A stretch of DNA of 64,000 nucleotides from an uncultured bacterium (GTDB lineage Bacteria; Acidobacteriota; Thermoanaerobaculia; Multivoradales; JAHZIX01): the NCBI GenBank assembly GCA_965368975.1, contig CBDUPA010000016.1:90712-154711 (forward strand), written 5' to 3'. A program made the translations under genes and the position numbers. How positions within the stretch are numbered: the first letter of the stretch is position 1; the number at the start of each line of letters is the position of its first letter. Positions 51,309 to 64,000 of this stretch are shown here, one piece after another. Below the pieces are notes generated by a model. The model worked only from the letters and a program-made list of their open reading frames with translations, did not search any database and was not told where the DNA came from.

Positions 51309-54300
51309 CGGCAGAGAGGACGAAAGAAGAGACCGTGAAGCAAGATCCCAGAGACCTTCCGACCCGCGACGTCGAGCAGCTGCTCGAACAGCTTCCCGAC
51401 GGCCTGGACGGCTCCCACGTCGCCATCGTCGGCATGGCCTGCCGCTTGCCCGGCGCCGAGGATCCGGACGCCTTCTGGCGCAACCTGCTCGACGGCGTCG
51501 AGAGCATCCGGCGGCTGAGCGACGAAGAACTGGACGCGGTCGGCGTGCCGCCCGAGTTGCGCGCTCGGCCGGAGTACGTCAAGGCGCGGCCGGTGGTCGA
51601 CGGACACGACTGCTTCGATGCCGAGTTCTTCGGCTACACCGCCGCCGAGGCGCGGCTGATGGACCCGCAGCAACGCCTGCTGCTCGAAGTCGCCTGGGCG
51701 GCGCTGGAAGACGCGGGGCACACGCCGGAGGATGGCAGCGGGCCGTTCGGTGTCTTCGCCGGCTCCAAGACCAACACCTACCTCTTCCACCTGGCCGCGC
51801 GCCCCGAATTGCTGGCCGGTGAGGACTCGTTGCAGCTGGTGCTGGGCGGCGACCAGGCGATGGTCGCCACGCGGGTGGCCTACAAGCTGGGGCTCAAGGG
51901 CCCGGCCTACGGCGTCCAGACCGCCTGCTCGACCGCCCTGGTAGCGGTGCACCTGGCGTGCCAGAGCCTGCAGCTCGGTGAGTGCCGCACTGCCCTGGCC
52001 GGCGCCGTGGCGCTCGAGACGCCGCAGCACGCCGGCTACCTCTACGACGCCAACGGCATCTTCAGCCCCGACGGTCACTGCCGTCCCTTCGACGCCGACG
52101 CCGGCGGTACCGTCTTCGGCTCGGGCGTCGGCATGGTGGTGCTCAAGCGGCTGGAAGACGCGCTGGCCGACGGCGACACCGTGCGCGCTGTCATTCTGGG
52201 TTCGGCGACCAACAACGACGGCAGCGACAAGGCGACCTTCACTGCTCCCAGCGTCGAGGGCCAGACCGACGTCATCGTCGACGCCCTGGCCTATGCTGGC
52301 GTCGACGCCGAGGACATCCAGTACGTCGAAGCGCATGGTACCGGCACCGCCCTGGGCGATCCGATCGAGGTGCTGGCGCTGACCCAGGCCTACCGCGCCA
52401 GCACGCAGCGCCGTGGTTTCTGTGCGCTGGGCAGTGTCAAGAGCAACATCGGTCACCTCGACGCCGCCGCTGGCGTCGCGGGGCTGATCAAGACCGTGCG
52501 CGCGCTGCAAGCCGGCGAACTGCCAACCACGCTGCACTACCAGGCACCCAACCCGCGCATCGACTTCGACAGCAGCCCCTTCTATGTCGTCGGCGAGCGC
52601 ATGCCCTGGCCGACGGATGCCGGTGCTGCTGGTGCCGGTGCTGCTGATGCCGGCGCTTCCGGAACGCCCCGCCGTGCCGGCCTATCCTCGCTCGGCTTCG
52701 GTGGCACCAACGCGCACTTGATCTTGCAGCAAGCCCCGGCGCTGCCGTCCCTGCAGGAACCCATGCAGGAACCTGGGCAAGAGAACGAGCCAGCCTTGGC
52801 GTTGCAGCTGCTGCCGCTGTCGGCGCGCACCGAGACGGCGCTAGAGCGTCAGTGCGAGCGGCTCGATCGCTACTTGCAGCAGCACACCGCCAGCTGGACT
52901 GCCGTGGATCTGCAAGACGCCGCCTGGACGCTGCAAGTTGGCCGTCGTGCGTTCGCGCACCGCGCCGTGCGGGTGCAGGGTTGCGCCGAGGCGCCCGGTT
53001 CGCAGGACGTGAGTTGGTCGCAGGACGTGAGTTGGATCCAGGGTGAGACGCTGGCGACGCCACCGCGTGCCCTCTTCCTGCTGCCCGGCCAGGGCGCGCA
53101 GTACCCTGGCATGGGCGCCGAGCTGTACCGCGGCGAGCCCGAGTACCGGCGCTGGCTCGATTGCTGCCTCGACCTGATGGCGACCGACCTGCCCGAGCTG
53201 CGCGGCTGGTTGCTGGAGGCGAGCGTCGAAGACGAGGAAGCGGCTGCGGCGCTGCGGCGCACCGAGCACACCCAGCCGGCGCTGTTCGCCGTCGAGTTCG
53301 CGCTGGCGCGCTTGTGGATGTCCTGGGGCATCGAGCCGGCCGCCTTGCTCGGTCACTCCATCGGCGAACTGGTCGCCGCCTGCCTGGCCGGTGTCTTCGA
53401 CCTCGAAACTGCCGTCCGCCTGGTGCTCGAACGCGGCCGGCGCATGGGCGCGCAGCCGGCTGGCGCGATGCTGGCGGTGGAGGCCGACGAAGCCGCGCTG
53501 GCGCCCCTTCTCGCAGACGCGGAAGGAATCGAGCTGGCCGCCGTCAACACGCCACGCCGTCGGGTCCTCGCCGGACCGGTCGCGGCGATCGAGGCGCTGG
53601 CGGCGAAGCTGGACGAGGCCGAAGCGCGGGGGACAGCCCTGCGGCAGCGCCGGCTGCACACCTCGCACGCCTTCCACACCGCGGCCATGGAGCCAGCCAT
53701 GGAGCCGCTGCGCCAGCTGCTCGAAGGCGTCCGGTTGCGGCCGCCCCAGCTGCGCTTCTTCTCCAACGTCAGCGGCACCTGGATCACCGACGCCCAGGCC
53801 ACCGACCCGGCCTATTGGGCCGCCCAGCTGCGCCAGCCGGTGCGCTTCAGCGACGCGCTCGACGTGTTGTTTGGAGCTGAAACGGAGTCCTGGATGGCGC
53901 TCGAGATCGGCCCCGGCACCACGCTGTCGACGTTCTTGCGCGAGCATCCCAAGGGTGGCAAGAACACCGGTGACACCGTCGAGGTACGCAGCGCCGGCTG
54001 CCTGCCGCACCCCAGCGACACGCGCGGCGCCGCCGAGGTCACGCTCAGCGCCCTGGGCCGCTGGTGGATCGCCGGGGGGGCGGTCGACTGGCCCGCCTTC
54101 CACGGCGGCTCGGTCATCCATCGCCGTCGCCGGCCGCTGCCCACCTACGCCTTCGAGCGCCGCCGTCACTGGATGGAAGGGGTGCCGAACTGGGTACCAA
54201 CTGATGTACCAGCTGATGTGCCCGAAGCCCCGGTCCAGGAAGCTCCGCGGCTCACCCTCGACCGCTTGGACGATCCCGCCGACTGGCTCTACCGCCCGAC

Positions 54301-57300
54301 CTGGCGTGCCGCGCCGCTGGCGATGGAGGGTCGTGAGGCGCTGCCGGAGGATGGGCCCTGGCTGCTGCTCGACCCGGATGGCTCGCCGCTGGGGGCTGAG
54401 CTGCAGCAAGCTTTGCAGGGCGGTCCGCAACGCGTGCTGCGCCCGGAGCCGCACGAGGTCGCCGACCTGGATGGGCTGTTCGCACGCCTGAGCGCCACCG
54501 GCGACACGCCGGCGCAGGTGCTCTACCTGGGGCTGGCGTCTCGAGCAGAACCAGCAGCGGAAGATCTCGACCCCGAACAGGATCTACAGCGCGCCTTCTT
54601 CGACCTGCTACGCTTGGCGCAGGCGCTGGGCAAGCAAACGAAGCCGGTCACCCTCACCGTCGTTTCCCGCGCCGTCCTGGCGGCGGAGGAAGGCGATGCC
54701 GCCGCGTTGCGCCCTGAGCGGGCGGCGGCGAGCGGTCTGGTCAAGGTGCTGCCCAAGGAAGCGCCGCAGGTGAGCGTCCGTCTGCTCGACCTGCCGCTGA
54801 TCGATGGCGCCAAGCTGGCCGAGCCCGTGCTAGCAGATACCGTGCTAGCAGATGCCGTGCTAGCAGAGCTGGCCGAGCCCGTAACCACGGGTTCGACGGT
54901 GCTGGCTCGCCGTGGCGAGGATCTAGAACGACGCTACGTCGAGGACTACGAGTCGTGGACCCCGCGGCGGGACCCATCCGAGGAAGCCCCGGCGCGTGGC
55001 CTGCGCTTGCGGGCCGGTGGTGTCTACCTGGTCACCGGCGGTCTGGGCGGCGTCGGCTCGGTGCTGGCCGAGCGCCTGCTGCGGCGCGTCGAGAGGCCGC
55101 CTGAGGGGGAAACCGCCGAGCCGGTGCGCCTGGTACTCACCGCCCGTCGCGTACCGGATCTCGATGCCAGTCCGGACGCTGGCTCTGACACAGACCGTGA
55201 ACCCGACGAGCGCGTGGCGCGCGTGCGCCGCCTGGAAGCGCTCGGCGCCGAGGTGATTGTGCTGGCCGCCGACGCCGCCGACCCCGAGGCCATGCGCGGC
55301 GTCTTCGACACCGTGCGGGCGCGCTGGGGGCGCATCGACGGTGCCCTGCACGCCGCTGGCATCGCGGGCGGTGGCCTGATCCAGCTCAAGACGCCCGAGC
55401 AGGCGTCGGCGGTGCTGGCGCCCAAGGTCGCGGGTGCGCGCCTGCTGGCCGAGCTCTTGGACACTCAGCTCCTGGACACTCAGCTCCTGGACACTCAGCT
55501 CCTGGACAGTCACGAGACCTCGAAGCAGGAGCCCTTCCTGCTCCTCATGTCGTCGCTGCAAACCGCGCTGGCCGACTTTGGCCAGGTCGACTACACCGCC
55601 GCCAACGCCGTCCTCGACGCCCTCGCCGAGGCCCGCCGTGCCGCCGGCAAGCCGACCCTGGCGCTGGCCTGGGACAATTGGAGCGAGGTCGGCCTGCTGC
55701 TGCACACCGAGCTGCCCGAGCACCTGCGGCCCTGGCGCGAAGAGCTGATCGCCAAGGCCATCCGGCCGCAGGAAGCGGGTGATCTCTTCGAGCGTGTGCT
55801 GGACAGCTTCCCGGATGGCGCCTTCCCGGAGCGTGATGTGCCGCCGCGGCTGGTGATCACCACCCAGGAGCTGCACGGCCGTATCGAGCTGTCGCGCGCT
55901 TTCGACCGCGACACCATCCTCGGCCAGCTGAGCACGCCTGCCTCTGGGGCCGGCGCGCCCTTGAACGTTGAACTCCCTCCCCAAATCCGGCAACTCCGAG
56001 GCGCCGCGTTGCGCCGACGGGTGGTCGAGATCTGGCGCCGCGTGCTCGAACTCGACGGCCTGGCGCCGGACGACAACTTCTTCGACCTGGGTGGCGACTC
56101 GCTGGCCGGTCTGCGCCTGATTTCCGAACTCAACCGTGGTCTCGGTCTCGAAGGCACCACCGCCGCGCTCACCCCGGTGCAGCTCTACGAGGCCCCGAGC
56201 GCCAGCTCACTGGCGGCGGCGCTGGAGAAGCGGTTGGGCCCGGCGACGCCGGGTGTAGCTGTTGAAACGGACCTGGTGCAGCGCAAGGCGGCCGAGGTCG
56301 TCCGTGCCGCTGCCGGGCAGACCCGCCACGGCGGCGACGTCGCGATCATCGGCCTGGCCGGTCGCTTCCCGGGCGCCGGCAGCGTCGACGAGCTGTGGCG
56401 GAACCTGCTCGACGGCGTCGAGGGCATCCGCTTCTTCGACGACGACGAACTGCGCGCCGCCGGCGTGCCCGAGGCGCTGCTGAGTCACCAGCGCTACGTC
56501 AAGGCGCGGGCGCTGGTCGATGGCGTCGAGGACTTCGACGCCGGCTTCTTCGCCTGCACGCCGCGCGAGGCGCAGGTGATGGACCCGCAGCAGCGCCTGT
56601 TCCTGGAATGCTCTTGGCAAGCGCTCGAAGACGCCGGCTACGGCGAGCCGAAGGCGATCCGCGGTCGCGCGGGGGTGTTCGCCGGCGCCAGCATCAGCTC
56701 CTACCTGCAGAACCTGTACTCCAACCCGGCGCTGCTGCGCGAGGTCGGCGACTTCCAGGCCATGCTGGGCAACGAGAAGGACTCGCTGGCCACCCGCGTC
56801 TCCTACAAGCTCGACCTCACCGGCCCCAGCCTGGCGGTGCAGAGCTACTGCTCGTCGTCGCTGGTCGCTGTGCACCTGGCGGTGCGCGCGCTGCGCGGCG
56901 GCGAGTGCGAGCTGGCGCTGGCCGGCGGCGCCACCGTCAACCTGCCGCAGCAGGCCGGCTATCTGTACGACGAAGGCAGCTATCTCTCGGGTGATGGCCA
57001 CGTGCGCACCTTCGACGCCGACGCGCAGGGCATCGTCTTCGGCGACGGCGTCGGCGTGGTGGTGCTCAAGCGACTGGCCGACGCGCTGGCCGATGGCGAC
57101 CGCATCGACGCGGTGATCAAGGGTTCGGCGGTCAACAACGACGGCGCGCTCAAGGTCGGCTTCGTGGCGCCCGGCGTCGAGGGGCAGGTGCGGGTGATCC
57201 GCGACGCCCTCGACGATGCCGGCGTCGCCCCGCACAGCGTCGGCTACGTCGAGGCGCACGGCACCGGCACGCCGCTGGGCGATCCGATCGAGATCACCGC

Positions 57301-60300
57301 CTTGACCCGCGCCTGGCGCGAGCAAGGGCAACAGGTCGACGAGGCATCGGAGCTGGCCCAGGTACCGGAACCGGGAAGCTGCGTCATCGGTTCGATCAAG
57401 ACCAACGTCGGTCACCTCGACCGCGCCGCTGGCGTCACCGGCCTGATCAAGGCGGCCTTGACCCTGCGCGAGGGCGTCATCCCGCCGCTGCTGCACTTCC
57501 GCCGTCCCAACCCCAAGATCGACTTCGCCGCCACCCCCTTCCGCATCACCACCGAGAGCCTGCCCTGGCCGCGTGGCGCATCCCCCCGGCGCGCGGCGGT
57601 CAGCGCGCTGGGCATCGGCGGCACCAATGCGCATGTCGTCCTGCAGGAAGCCCCGCAGGAGGAAGCACCGCGGGTAGCGGAAACTCAGCCGCAGCTGCTC
57701 ACTCTGTCGGCCCGTTCCGAGACGGCGCTGGCGACGGCGTCGGAGCGGCTGGTCGAGGCTCTGGAGGCGCATCTCGAAGGGCAAAGCGGGGGGCAGGTTC
57801 GGGGCAACCCCGAAGACCTGGCGCTGGCCGACATCGCCTGGACTCTCCAGACCGGCCGCCGCGCCTTCAGCCACCGCCGTACCGTCGTCGCCCGCGACCT
57901 GCGCGACGCCGTCGAGCGCCTGCGCCAGCCGGCCACCGGGCCACAGCAGGGGGGGCGCACCGGCACCGTCGAGGCCGAGCGGGAAGCACCCTCCGTGGTC
58001 TTCCTCTTCCCTGGCCTGGGCGCCCAATATGCCGGCATGGCGCGTGGTCTCTACGCCGCCGACCCCGCCTTCCGCGCCGATCTCGACCGCGCCCTCGACC
58101 GCCTGGCCGAGCTGCTGGGCGAAGATCTGCGAGCCGTGCTGCTGCCAGAGCTGCTACCGGACACGGAAGAAGAGACCGTCGCCCGTGAGACGACGGGACC
58201 GGGACCCGACCTGCGGCGCATGCTCGGGCGCGGCCCCGGCGCCCAAGAAGGTACACAGGCGTCGAGCCACGCTGACGACGAGCTACGGCGCACCGATCGC
58301 AGTCAGCCGGCGGTGTTCGCCGTCGAGTGGGCGCTGGCCCGCTATTGGCAGCGCCGTGGCGTCGAACCGGTGGCGATGATCGGCTACAGCATCGGCGAGC
58401 TGACCGCCGCCTGCGTTGCCGAGGTGCTCGACCTGGACGAGGCACTGCGCCTGGTTGCCCTGCGCGCGCGGCTGATCCAGCGCCAACCCGGTGGTGCCAT
58501 GCTCGCCGTGTCGTTGGGCGAGACGGCGGCAGCTCCCTACCTGCAAGACGGCCCAGCAGACGACGGGATCTCCCTGTCGGGCATCAACGCGCCCGAACAG
58601 GTGGTGCTGGCCGGCAGCGAGGCGGTGATCAACGCGCTCAGCCAGCGCCTGGACGCCGACGGCGTCGCCTGGCGTCGCCTGCAAACCAGCCATGCCTTCC
58701 ACTCGCACCTGCTCGAAGCCTGCACCGACGAGCTGGTCGAGCTGGTGCGCGACTTCGACCTGCAGCCGCCGCGCCGGCCGTACCTGTCGAACGTCACGGG
58801 TACCTGGATCACCGCTGAGCAAGCGACGGACCCGACGTACTGGGCGCGTCACATGGTGCAGCCGGTGCGCTTCGCACCCGCGATCGCTGAGTTGCTGTCC
58901 ACGGGCGAGTCCACCCTCTTCCTCGAGGTCGGTCCCGGGCAAACGCTGAGCAGCCTGGTGCTGCAGCAGGTGGAGTCGCCAGCGCCGGATAACTCAGCGC
59001 CGGATAACTCGGCGCCGAGTAGCACCATCACCGCCGTCGCCTCGCTGCGCCACGCCTACGAGAGCTGGGACGACAGCGCCTTCCTGCTCGACGCCCTCGG
59101 CCGCCTGTGGCTGGCCGGTGTCGAGGTCGATTGGCGCGCCGCTCACGCCAGCCGGACCGACGGCACGTCACCGCGCCGCTGCCGCCTGCCCACCTATCCC
59201 TTCGAGCGCCAGCGTTACTGGGTCGAGCCAGGGGCCGGCATGGGGGCTACGGCGGTCAACCCGGCGGCGCGCGAGCTCACTGGTTCGACAGCTGGAACGT
59301 CGGCTGGGGCCGCGGCCTATGTCCACGGGCACAGCGCGCCGGCGCTGGCCGTCGACACTGTTCTGCGCGAGGACGGAACCTACCTGCTCGTTGGCCCCGC
59401 GTCGCCCCTGCAAGCGGCGATCGAGGCCGAGCTGCGACGCCACACCGAGCGCGTCGAGCACCTGGCGTCCCCGGCCGACCTGGCCACCGAGCTGCCGACC
59501 CTGCTGGCGCAGGCCTACGCGCGTCACGGCCTGGTGCACGGCCTGATCTGGCTGGCTGCACTGTCCGTAGATGTACCGGGCGATGCCGGAACCCGTGCAG
59601 GAGACGCGCTGGCCACGGCGACGGCCGATCTCGGTGCCCTGGTGGAAGTCGTCGAGGGTGCCGCCTTCGACTTCACGCTCGTGCTGACGACGGGCTCGAC
59701 GGCGACCGGAGCCGCGGGGGAAGCGGTGGCACTGGAGGAAGCCTGGCGTCACACCGTCGACGCCCTGCTCGGCGAACGCCTGCGGCAGCAAGCCGACCCC
59801 TACTGGCTGCACGCCCACGTCTACCTGCCCGCTGAGGAAGAGGGCGATGGTGAGAGCGAGGGAAGGCAATTCGAGGCGGACACCGCGCGCGACCTCTTCC
59901 GCGTCGCCGAGGACCGGCGGCCCGTCTTCGGTGGTGTTGTGCCTGCGCCGCTCGTTGCTACAGGAGCGGAGGTCCCCGCCGCGGTCGTGCGCAACCTGGC
60001 AGGAGCCAGCGCGCCGCGGGGCGAGATCGAGGCGACCCTGGCTCGTTTCTGGGAAGAATTGCTCGGCGTGCGGCCCGTCGGCCGGCACGACAACTTTCTG
60101 GAGCTGGGCGGCGACTCGCTGCTCGCCACCCGTCTGATCGGGCGCGTGCGCGAACACTTCCGCGTCGAATTGCCGGTGCGGCTGTTCTTCGAGGGCGCCA
60201 CCGTCGCGGAACTGGCCGAGGAGCTGACCTCTGCCCTCAACCCCGAGGGAGGCTCGGAGGTAGGCTCGGAGCTTGGTTCGGACGTGGCGGACGCGTCCAT

Positions 60301-63300
60301 TCCGCGCCAGGACGACGATGCACCGCTGTACCTGTCGCTGACCCAGGAACGTCTGTGGTTCCTCGATCGCCTGGACCCCGGCAACCCCGCCTTCAACGTG
60401 CCAGCCGCCGTCGCCCTCGAGGGGCCGCTCGATGTGCGTCGTTTGCAGGCCGCCGCCGCTGGCCTGGTGCGCCGTCACGACGGCCTGCGCGCCGGCTTCG
60501 GCGAGCACGACTCGGGTGAGGAGCAAGGCCGCCCACGGCTGATTCCGGGCGCCTTCACCGGTGTCCCCGACTTGCCGGTGGTCGACGTGAGCCGCCTACG
60601 CGAAGTCGACCAGGCATCGCTGGCGCCGAGGCTGTTCACTGAGCTCAACCGCCTGCCCTTCGACCTCGCCTCGCCGCCGCTGCTACGCCTGCTGCTCGTG
60701 CGCCTGTCGGCAGATGGGGCGTCGCATGGGTCGTTGCAGCACCACCAAGCCGCGCTGGTGTTGCACCACATCGTGTGCGACACCTGGTCCGTCGGCTTGC
60801 TGGTCGCCGAGCTGGCCGCTCTCTACGACGATCCGGCCCGCGAGCACGATCCAGCTCAGCTCCCAGGTCCCTCCATTCGCTTCCACGACTACGCCGCCTG
60901 GCAGCGCCGGATGCTCGAAGGTGACGAGCTGGGGCTGGACCGGCACCTGGCCTGGTGGCGCCAGGCGCTCGACGGCCTGCCCGAAGCCCTCGAGCTGCCG
61001 CTCGACCACCCGCGCCCGGCCGTCTTGGGCAGCGAAGGTGGTCGTGTCTTCGTGCGCATCCCTGCGGCGCTGACGCGGCAGCTGGCGACGCTCGCCCGTG
61101 CCCACGGCGCCTCGCTCTACATGGTGCTGCTGGCCGCCTGGGCGGCGCTGCTCAGCCGCTGGAGCGGGGAGCGCGACCTCGCCGTCGGTCTGCCGGTGGC
61201 CAACCGTGATCGGCGCGAGCTGGAAGGTCTGGTCGGGCCGCTGCTCAACACCCTGGTGCTGCGCTGTGATCTCTCGACCACGCAGGGCGAGTCCTGTTTC
61301 GAAGCCCCGACCTTCGAGCAGCTCGTCGAGCGTGCCAAGACGACCGTCCTGGGCGCCTTCGAGCACCAGGACTATCCCTTCGACCGCCTGGTCGAGGAGC
61401 TACGGCCGCAGCGAGACACCGGCCGCAACGCCCTGTTCCAGGTCGACTTCGTGCTGCAGACCGCGCCGCGTCCCGAGATGGCGGCCGCCGGGCTGACGCT
61501 GCGACCACTGGACGTCGAGGCCGGCGTGGCGCAGATCGACCTGTCGCTGCAGCTGACCGACGTCGAGGGCGTGCTCGAAGGCTGGTTCGAGTACCACCGC
61601 GAGCTGTTCGATGCCAGCACCATCCTGCGCCTGCGCGGCCAGTTCGAGCGCTTGTTGCGCGCGGCGGTCGAGGCGCCGGAGATGGCGTTGACGCGCTTGC
61701 CGCTGCTGGCGGAGGCGGAGCGGCACCAGTTGCTGTGGGAGTGGGCGGAGGAGGTGGGAGCCCTCACTCCCTCTCTGGCTCTGCTCCAGCCGTTGCTCGG
61801 CACTGCCGCGGAGCGGCCGGACGTGGTGGTGGGGGAGTGGTCTGGCGGGCCGGCTGCGGGGATGGAGGATCGGCCCTGGCCGGTCATGCTGAGCTATGGT
61901 GAGCTGGTGCGCCGGGGGCTCGGCATGGCCCGCACGTTGAGAGGGCTGCTGGCGGGCGGATCGACGTCCCCGGGCGTCGCGCCGGTCGGCCTCGGGATCG
62001 AGCGTGGTCCTGACCAGCTGGTCGCCGTGTTGGCCGTGCTCGCCGCCGGTGCTCCCTACCTGCCGCTCGATCCCGCCGCGCCGCCGCGTCGCGTAGCCGA
62101 ACTTCTCGCCGACGCCGGGGCGCCGCTGCTGCTCGCCGGTCCTGGGCTGGCGGTCGCGCTGCTGGAGCGCTGTGACGTATCGCCGCAAGCCGGTGAACCG
62201 GCGGGGCCGCCGGAAGCCGGCGACGTGTTGCTGCCGCCGGTGCTCGGTTTGCGCGCCGGGGAGCTGGTCGGGGCGGACGGTGAGGTTCTAGCTGCGGTCG
62301 AGGCGCCGGGCACTGTCCCGGAGGCCGTACCCGCCGAGGCCCCGGCCTACGTTCTGTATACCTCCGGCTCCACCGGTCGCCCCAAGGGCGTGGTGGTGCC
62401 GCGTGCCGCTGTCGCCAACTACGGGCGCGACGTGGCCCAACGCTTCGCCCTGCGCCCGGGCTGCCGCATGCTGCAGTTCGCCGCTCTGCACTTCGACGCC
62501 AGCGTCGAAGAGATCTTCGGTGCCTGGGCCGCCGGCGCCACCCTGGTGGCGCGCGACGATGCCTGGCTCAGCTCGTCGGAAGCCTTCCTCGACCACCTGG
62601 CGGCCGAGGCGGTGGAGGTGGCGGAGGTACCGACGGCGCTGTGGCACCAGCTGGCGCAGACGCTGGTCGAAGGGCCCGAGCGCCTGTGGCCCGGCGTACG
62701 CCGCGTGGTGATCGGCGGTGAGCGAGCGCTCGAATCCCGACTCGCCGACTGGCGACGTGTCGTGCCGGCGGAGGTCGAGCTGCTCAACGCCTATGGCCCG
62801 ACCGAGACCACCGTCTCGATCAGCTTCAGCGACCTGAGTCGCGCCGCCCGCCTGCCCGGTCGCGAGTTACCTATCGGTCGCCCCGCCGCCGGCGCGCGCC
62901 TCTACGTCGTCGATCCGTCGAGCCCCGCCGTCGAGCTGCAGCCGCTCCTGGTGCCCGGCGAGCTTGTCGCCGGAGGCCCAGGCCTCGCGTGGGGGTATCT
63001 CGCTCGACCCGCCCAGACCGCCCAGAGCTTCATTCCGAGTCCGTTCCCCGCTGGCGGGCGCCTCTACCGCACCGGAGACCTCGTCCGCTGGCGGCCCGAC
63101 GGCCAGCTCGAATTTCTCGGCCGCCTCGACCAGCAGGTGCAGGTGCGCGGCTTCCGCGTCGAGCCGGGGGAGATCGAGACGGTGCTGGCGACGCATCCCG
63201 CGGTGCTCGAAACTGTCGTGCTGCCGCAGGTCGAGGCGAGCGGCGACACGCGCCTGGTGGCCTACCTGCGCGCCGCGTTCAGCACCACAGACGAAACCAC

Positions 63301-64000
63301 CGACGCCGACCTTGGCGCCTTCCTGGCACAGCGCCTGCCGGCCTACATGGTGCCCGCTGCATTCGTCCGTCTCGACGCCTTCCCGCTCACCCCGTCCGGC
63401 AAGGTCGACCGCCGCCGGCTGAGCCTGCAAGCGCCTTCGTCGTCGGGCTCGGCAGGGTTGGGCTCGACGGCCAGTCCTGGTACCAGGGGCCAGGGTGCTG
63501 CTCCGCGCACGCCGGCCGAAGAAGTGATGCTCGACATCTGGCGCCGTCTTCTCGACGCGCCCCACCTGGGCGTCGACGACGATCTCTTCCAGCACGGCGC
63601 CCACTCGCTGCTCATTACCCAGGCCGCCTCGCGCATTCGCGCCGCCTTCGGTGCCGAGCTGCCGCTGCGCGACGTCTTTGCCGCGCCCACCGTCGCCGGC
63701 CTGGTGCGCCGCGTCGATGCCTTGCGGGGCGAGCGTTCCGGCGTCACCTTCGAGCCGTTGCGCCCGGTGCCGCGCGAGACCCTACCGGAGCTGGGTTTCC
63801 CCGACGGACCGCCGCTGTCGTTCACCCAGGAGCGCATGTGGTTCCTGCAGCAGCTGTATCCGGGTATGTCGGCCTACAACGTGCCGGGTGCCGTGCGCCT
63901 GTGCGGCAAGCTGTTGCCGGCGGTGCTCGAGACGGCGCTCGGCGAGGTGGTGCGGCGGCACGAGATCTTCCGCACGCGTTTCGAGCAGGCCGCGGGTTCG
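51305..64000 (+). CDS. Hybrid PKS/NRPS 3 (3'-truncated): KS-AT-KR-ACP-KS-AT*-KR remnant-ACP-C-A-PCP-C
   Basis: Absent from the ORF track because it runs off the window. ATGA overlap with PKS2. Motifs spot-translated by hand: [89 protein letters not shown]. Confidence 0.9.
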   Translation, partial: MTAERTKEETVKQDPRDLPTRDVEQLLEQLPDGLDGSHVAIVGMACRLPGAEDPDAFWRNLLDGVESIRRLSDEELDAVGVPPELRARPEYVKARPVVDGHDCFDAEFFGYTAAEARLMDPQQRLLLEVAWAALEDAGHTPEDGSGPFGVFAGSKTNTYLFHLAARPELLAGEDSLQLVLGGDQAMVATRVAYKLGLKGPAYGVQTACSTALVAVHLACQSLQLGECRTALAGAVALETPQHAGYLYDANGIFSPDGHCRPFDADAGGTVFGSGVGMVVLKRLEDALADGDTVRAVILGSATNNDGSDKATFTAPSVEGQTDVIVDALAYAGVDAEDIQYVEAHGTGTALGDPIEVLALTQAYRASTQRRGFCALGSVKSNIGHLDAAAGVAGLIKTVRALQAGELPTTLHYQAPNPRIDFDSSPFYVVGERMPWPTDAGAAGAGAADAGASGTPRRAGLSSLGFGGTNAHLILQQAPALPSLQEPMQEPGQENEPALALQLLPLSARTETALERQCERLDRYLQQHTASWTAVDLQDAAWTLQVGRRAFAHRAVRVQGCAEAPGSQDVSWSQDVSWIQGETLATPPRALFLLPGQGAQYPGMGAELYRGEPEYRRWLDCCLDLMATDLPELRGWLLEASVEDEEAAAALRRTEHTQPALFAVEFALARLWMSWGIEPAALLGHSIGELVAACLAGVFDLETAVRLVLERGRRMGAQPAGAMLAVEADEAALAPLLADAEGIELAAVNTPRRRVLAGPVAAIEALAAKLDEAEARGTALRQRRLHTSHAFHTAAMEPAMEPLRQLLEGVRLRPPQLRFFSNVSGTWITDAQATDPAYWAAQLRQPVRFSDALDVLFGAETESWMALEIGPGTTLSTFLREHPKGGKNTGDTVEVRSAGCLPHPSDTRGAAEVTLSALGRWWIAGGAVDWPAFHGGSVIHRRRRPLPTYAFERRRHWMEGVPNWVPTDVPADVPEAPVQEAPRLTLDRLDDPADWLYRPTWRAAPLAMEGREALPEDGPWLLLDPDGSPLGAELQQALQGGPQRVLRPEPHEVADLDGLFARLSATGDTPAQVLYLGLASRAEPAAEDLDPEQDLQRAFFDLLRLAQALGKQTKPVTLTVVSRAVLAAEEGDAAALRPERAAASGLVKVLPKEAPQVSVRLLDLPLIDGAKLAEPVLADTVLADAVLAELAEPVTTGSTVLARRGEDLERRYVEDYESWTPRRDPSEEAPARGLRLRAGGVYLVTGGLGGVGSVLAERLLRRVERPPEGETAEPVRLVLTARRVPDLDASPDAGSDTDREPDERVARVRRLEALGAEVIVLAADAADPEAMRGVFDTVRARWGRIDGALHAAGIAGGGLIQLKTPEQASAVLAPKVAGARLLAELLDTQLLDTQLLDTQLLDSHETSKQEPFLLLMSSLQTALADFGQVDYTAANAVLDALAEARRAAGKPTLALAWDNWSEVGLLLHTELPEHLRPWREELIAKAIRPQEAGDLFERVLDSFPDGAFPERDVPPRLVITTQELHGRIELSRAFDRDTILGQLSTPASGAGAPLNVELPPQIRQLRGAALRRRVVEIWRRVLELDGLAPDDNFFDLGGDSLAGLRLISELNRGLGLEGTTAALTPVQLYEAPSASSLAAALEKRLGPATPGVAVETDLVQRKAAEVVRAAAGQTRHGGDVAIIGLAGRFPGAGSVDELWRNLLDGVEGIRFFDDDELRAAGVPEALLSHQRYVKARALVDGVEDFDAGFFACTPREAQVMDPQQRLFLECSWQALEDAGYGEPKAIRGRAGVFAGASISSYLQNLYSNPALLREVGDFQAMLGNEKDSLATRVSYKLDLTGPSLAVQSYCSSSLVAVHLAVRALRGGECELALAGGATVNLPQQAGYLYDEGSYLSGDGHVRTFDADAQGIVFGDGVGVVVLKRLADALADGDRIDAVIKGSAVNNDGALKVGFVAPGVEGQVRVIRDALDDAGVAPHSVGYVEAHGTGTPLGDPIEITALTRAWREQGQQVDEASELAQVPEPGSCVIGSIKTNVGHLDRAAGVTGLIKAALTLREGVIPPLLHFRRPNPKIDFAATPFRITTESLPWPRGASPRRAAVSALGIGGTNAHVVLQEAPQEEAPRVAETQPQLLTLSARSETALATASERLVEALEAHLEGQSGGQVRGNPEDLALADIAWTLQTGRRAFSHRRTVVARDLRDAVERLRQPATGPQQGGRTGTVEAEREAPSVVFLFPGLGAQYAGMARGLYAADPAFRADLDRALDRLAELLGEDLRAVLLPELLPDTEEETVARETTGPGPDLRRMLGRGPGAQEGTQASSHADDELRRTDRSQPAVFAVEWALARYWQRRGVEPVAMIGYSIGELTAACVAEVLDLDEALRLVALRARLIQRQPGGAMLAVSLGETAAAPYLQDGPADDGISLSGINAPEQVVLAGSEAVINALSQRLDADGVAWRRLQTSHAFHSHLLEACTDELVELVRDFDLQPPRRPYLSNVTGTWITAEQATDPTYWARHMVQPVRFAPAIAELLSTGESTLFLEVGPGQTLSSLVLQQVESPAPDNSAPDNSAPSSTITAVASLRHAYESWDDSAFLLDALGRLWLAGVEVDWRAAHASRTDGTSPRRCRLPTYPFERQRYWVEPGAGMGATAVNPAARELTGSTAGTSAGAAAYVHGHSAPALAVDTVLREDGTYLLVGPASPLQAAIEAELRRHTERVEHLASPADLATELPTLLAQAYARHGLVHGLIWLAALSVDVPGDAGTRAGDALATATADLGALVEVVEGAAFDFTLVLTTGSTATGAAGEAVALEEAWRHTVDALLGERLRQQADPYWLHAHVYLPAEEEGDGESEGRQFEADTARDLFRVAEDRRPVFGGVVPAPLVATGAEVPAAVVRNLAGASAPRGEIEATLARFWEELLGVRPVGRHDNFLELGGDSLLATRLIGRVREHFRVELPVRLFFEGATVAELAEELTSALNPEGGSEVGSELGSDVADASIPRQDDDAPLYLSLTQERLWFLDRLDPGNPAFNVPAAVALEGPLDVRRLQAAAAGLVRRHDGLRAGFGEHDSGEEQGRPRLIPGAFTGVPDLPVVDVSRLREVDQASLAPRLFTELNRLPFDLASPPLLRLLLVRLSADGASHGSLQHHQAALVLHHIVCDTWSVGLLVAELAALYDDPAREHDPAQLPGPSIRFHDYAAWQRRMLEGDELGLDRHLAWWRQALDGLPEALELPLDHPRPAVLGSEGGRVFVRIPAALTRQLATLARAHGASLYMVLLAAWAALLSRWSGERDLAVGLPVANRDRRELEGLVGPLLNTLVLRCDLSTTQGESCFEAPTFEQLVERAKTTVLGAFEHQDYPFDRLVEELRPQRDTGRNALFQVDFVLQTAPRPEMAAAGLTLRPLDVEAGVAQIDLSLQLTDVEGVLEGWFEYHRELFDASTILRLRGQFERLLRAAVEAPEMALTRLPLLAEAERHQLLWEWAEEVGALTPSLALLQPLLGTAAERPDVVVGEWSGGPAAGMEDRPWPVMLSYGELVRRGLGMARTLRGLLAGGSTSPGVAPVGLGIERGPDQLVAVLAVLAAGAPYLPLDPAAPPRRVAELLADAGAPLLLAGPGLAVALLERCDVSPQAGEPAGPPEAGDVLLPPVLGLRAGELVGADGEVLAAVEAPGTVPEAVPAEAPAYVLYTSGSTGRPKGVVVPRAAVANYGRDVAQRFALRPGCRMLQFAALHFDASVEEIFGAWAAGATLVARDDAWLSSSEAFLDHLAAEAVEVAEVPTALWHQLAQTLVEGPERLWPGVRRVVIGGERALESRLADWRRVVPAEVELLNAYGPTETTVSISFSDLSRAARLPGRELPIGRPAAGARLYVVDPSSPAVELQPLLVPGELVAGGPGLAWGYLARPAQTAQSFIPSPFPAGGRLYRTGDLVRWRPDGQLEFLGRLDQQVQVRGFRVEPGEIETVLATHPAVLETVVLPQVEASGDTRLVAYLRAAFSTTDETTDADLGAFLAQRLPAYMVPAAFVRLDAFPLTPSGKVDRRRLSLQAPSSSGSAGLGSTASPGTRGQGAAPRTPAEEVMLDIWRRLLDAPHLGVDDDLFQHGAHSLLITQAASRIRAAFGAELPLRDVFAAPTVAGLVRRVDALRGERSGVTFEPLRPVPRETLPELGFPDGPPLSFTQERMWFLQQLYPGMSAYNVPGAVRLCGKLLPAVLETALGEVVRRHEIFRTRFEQAAGS

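Overview
High-GC bacterial window, probably Acidobacteriota; this is inferred from the ADOP-type permease and the gene repertoire. 1-6.5 kb holds a complete diversity-generating retroelement (DGR): target 1 - avd - template repeat - reverse transcriptase - target 2. Both targets end in a CLec/FGE-sulfatase-fold domain carrying adenine-biased variable repeats. Target 2 is a full NACHT (NLR-like) protein, and target 1 is its 5'-truncated paralog. Each target is followed by a phased CTCTG array and an identical hairpin. 6.7-17 kb is a menaquinone/isoprenoid operon (GbsR regulator, polyprenyl synthase, HMG-CoA reductase, menG, F, D, H, B, A) with a visible promoter and operator. Next come a DUF3800 gene with its own promoter and a structured RNA candidate, metallopeptidase genes, a low-GC membrane STAND-LRR receptor, an ADOP permease, a DUF4157 putative toxin and a GH13 lipoprotein lacking its catalytic nucleophile. 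From 34.3 kb to the window end is a FAAL-initiated hybrid NRPS/PKS assembly line with several non-canonical domains. All calls come from reading motifs by eye; no database searches were run.
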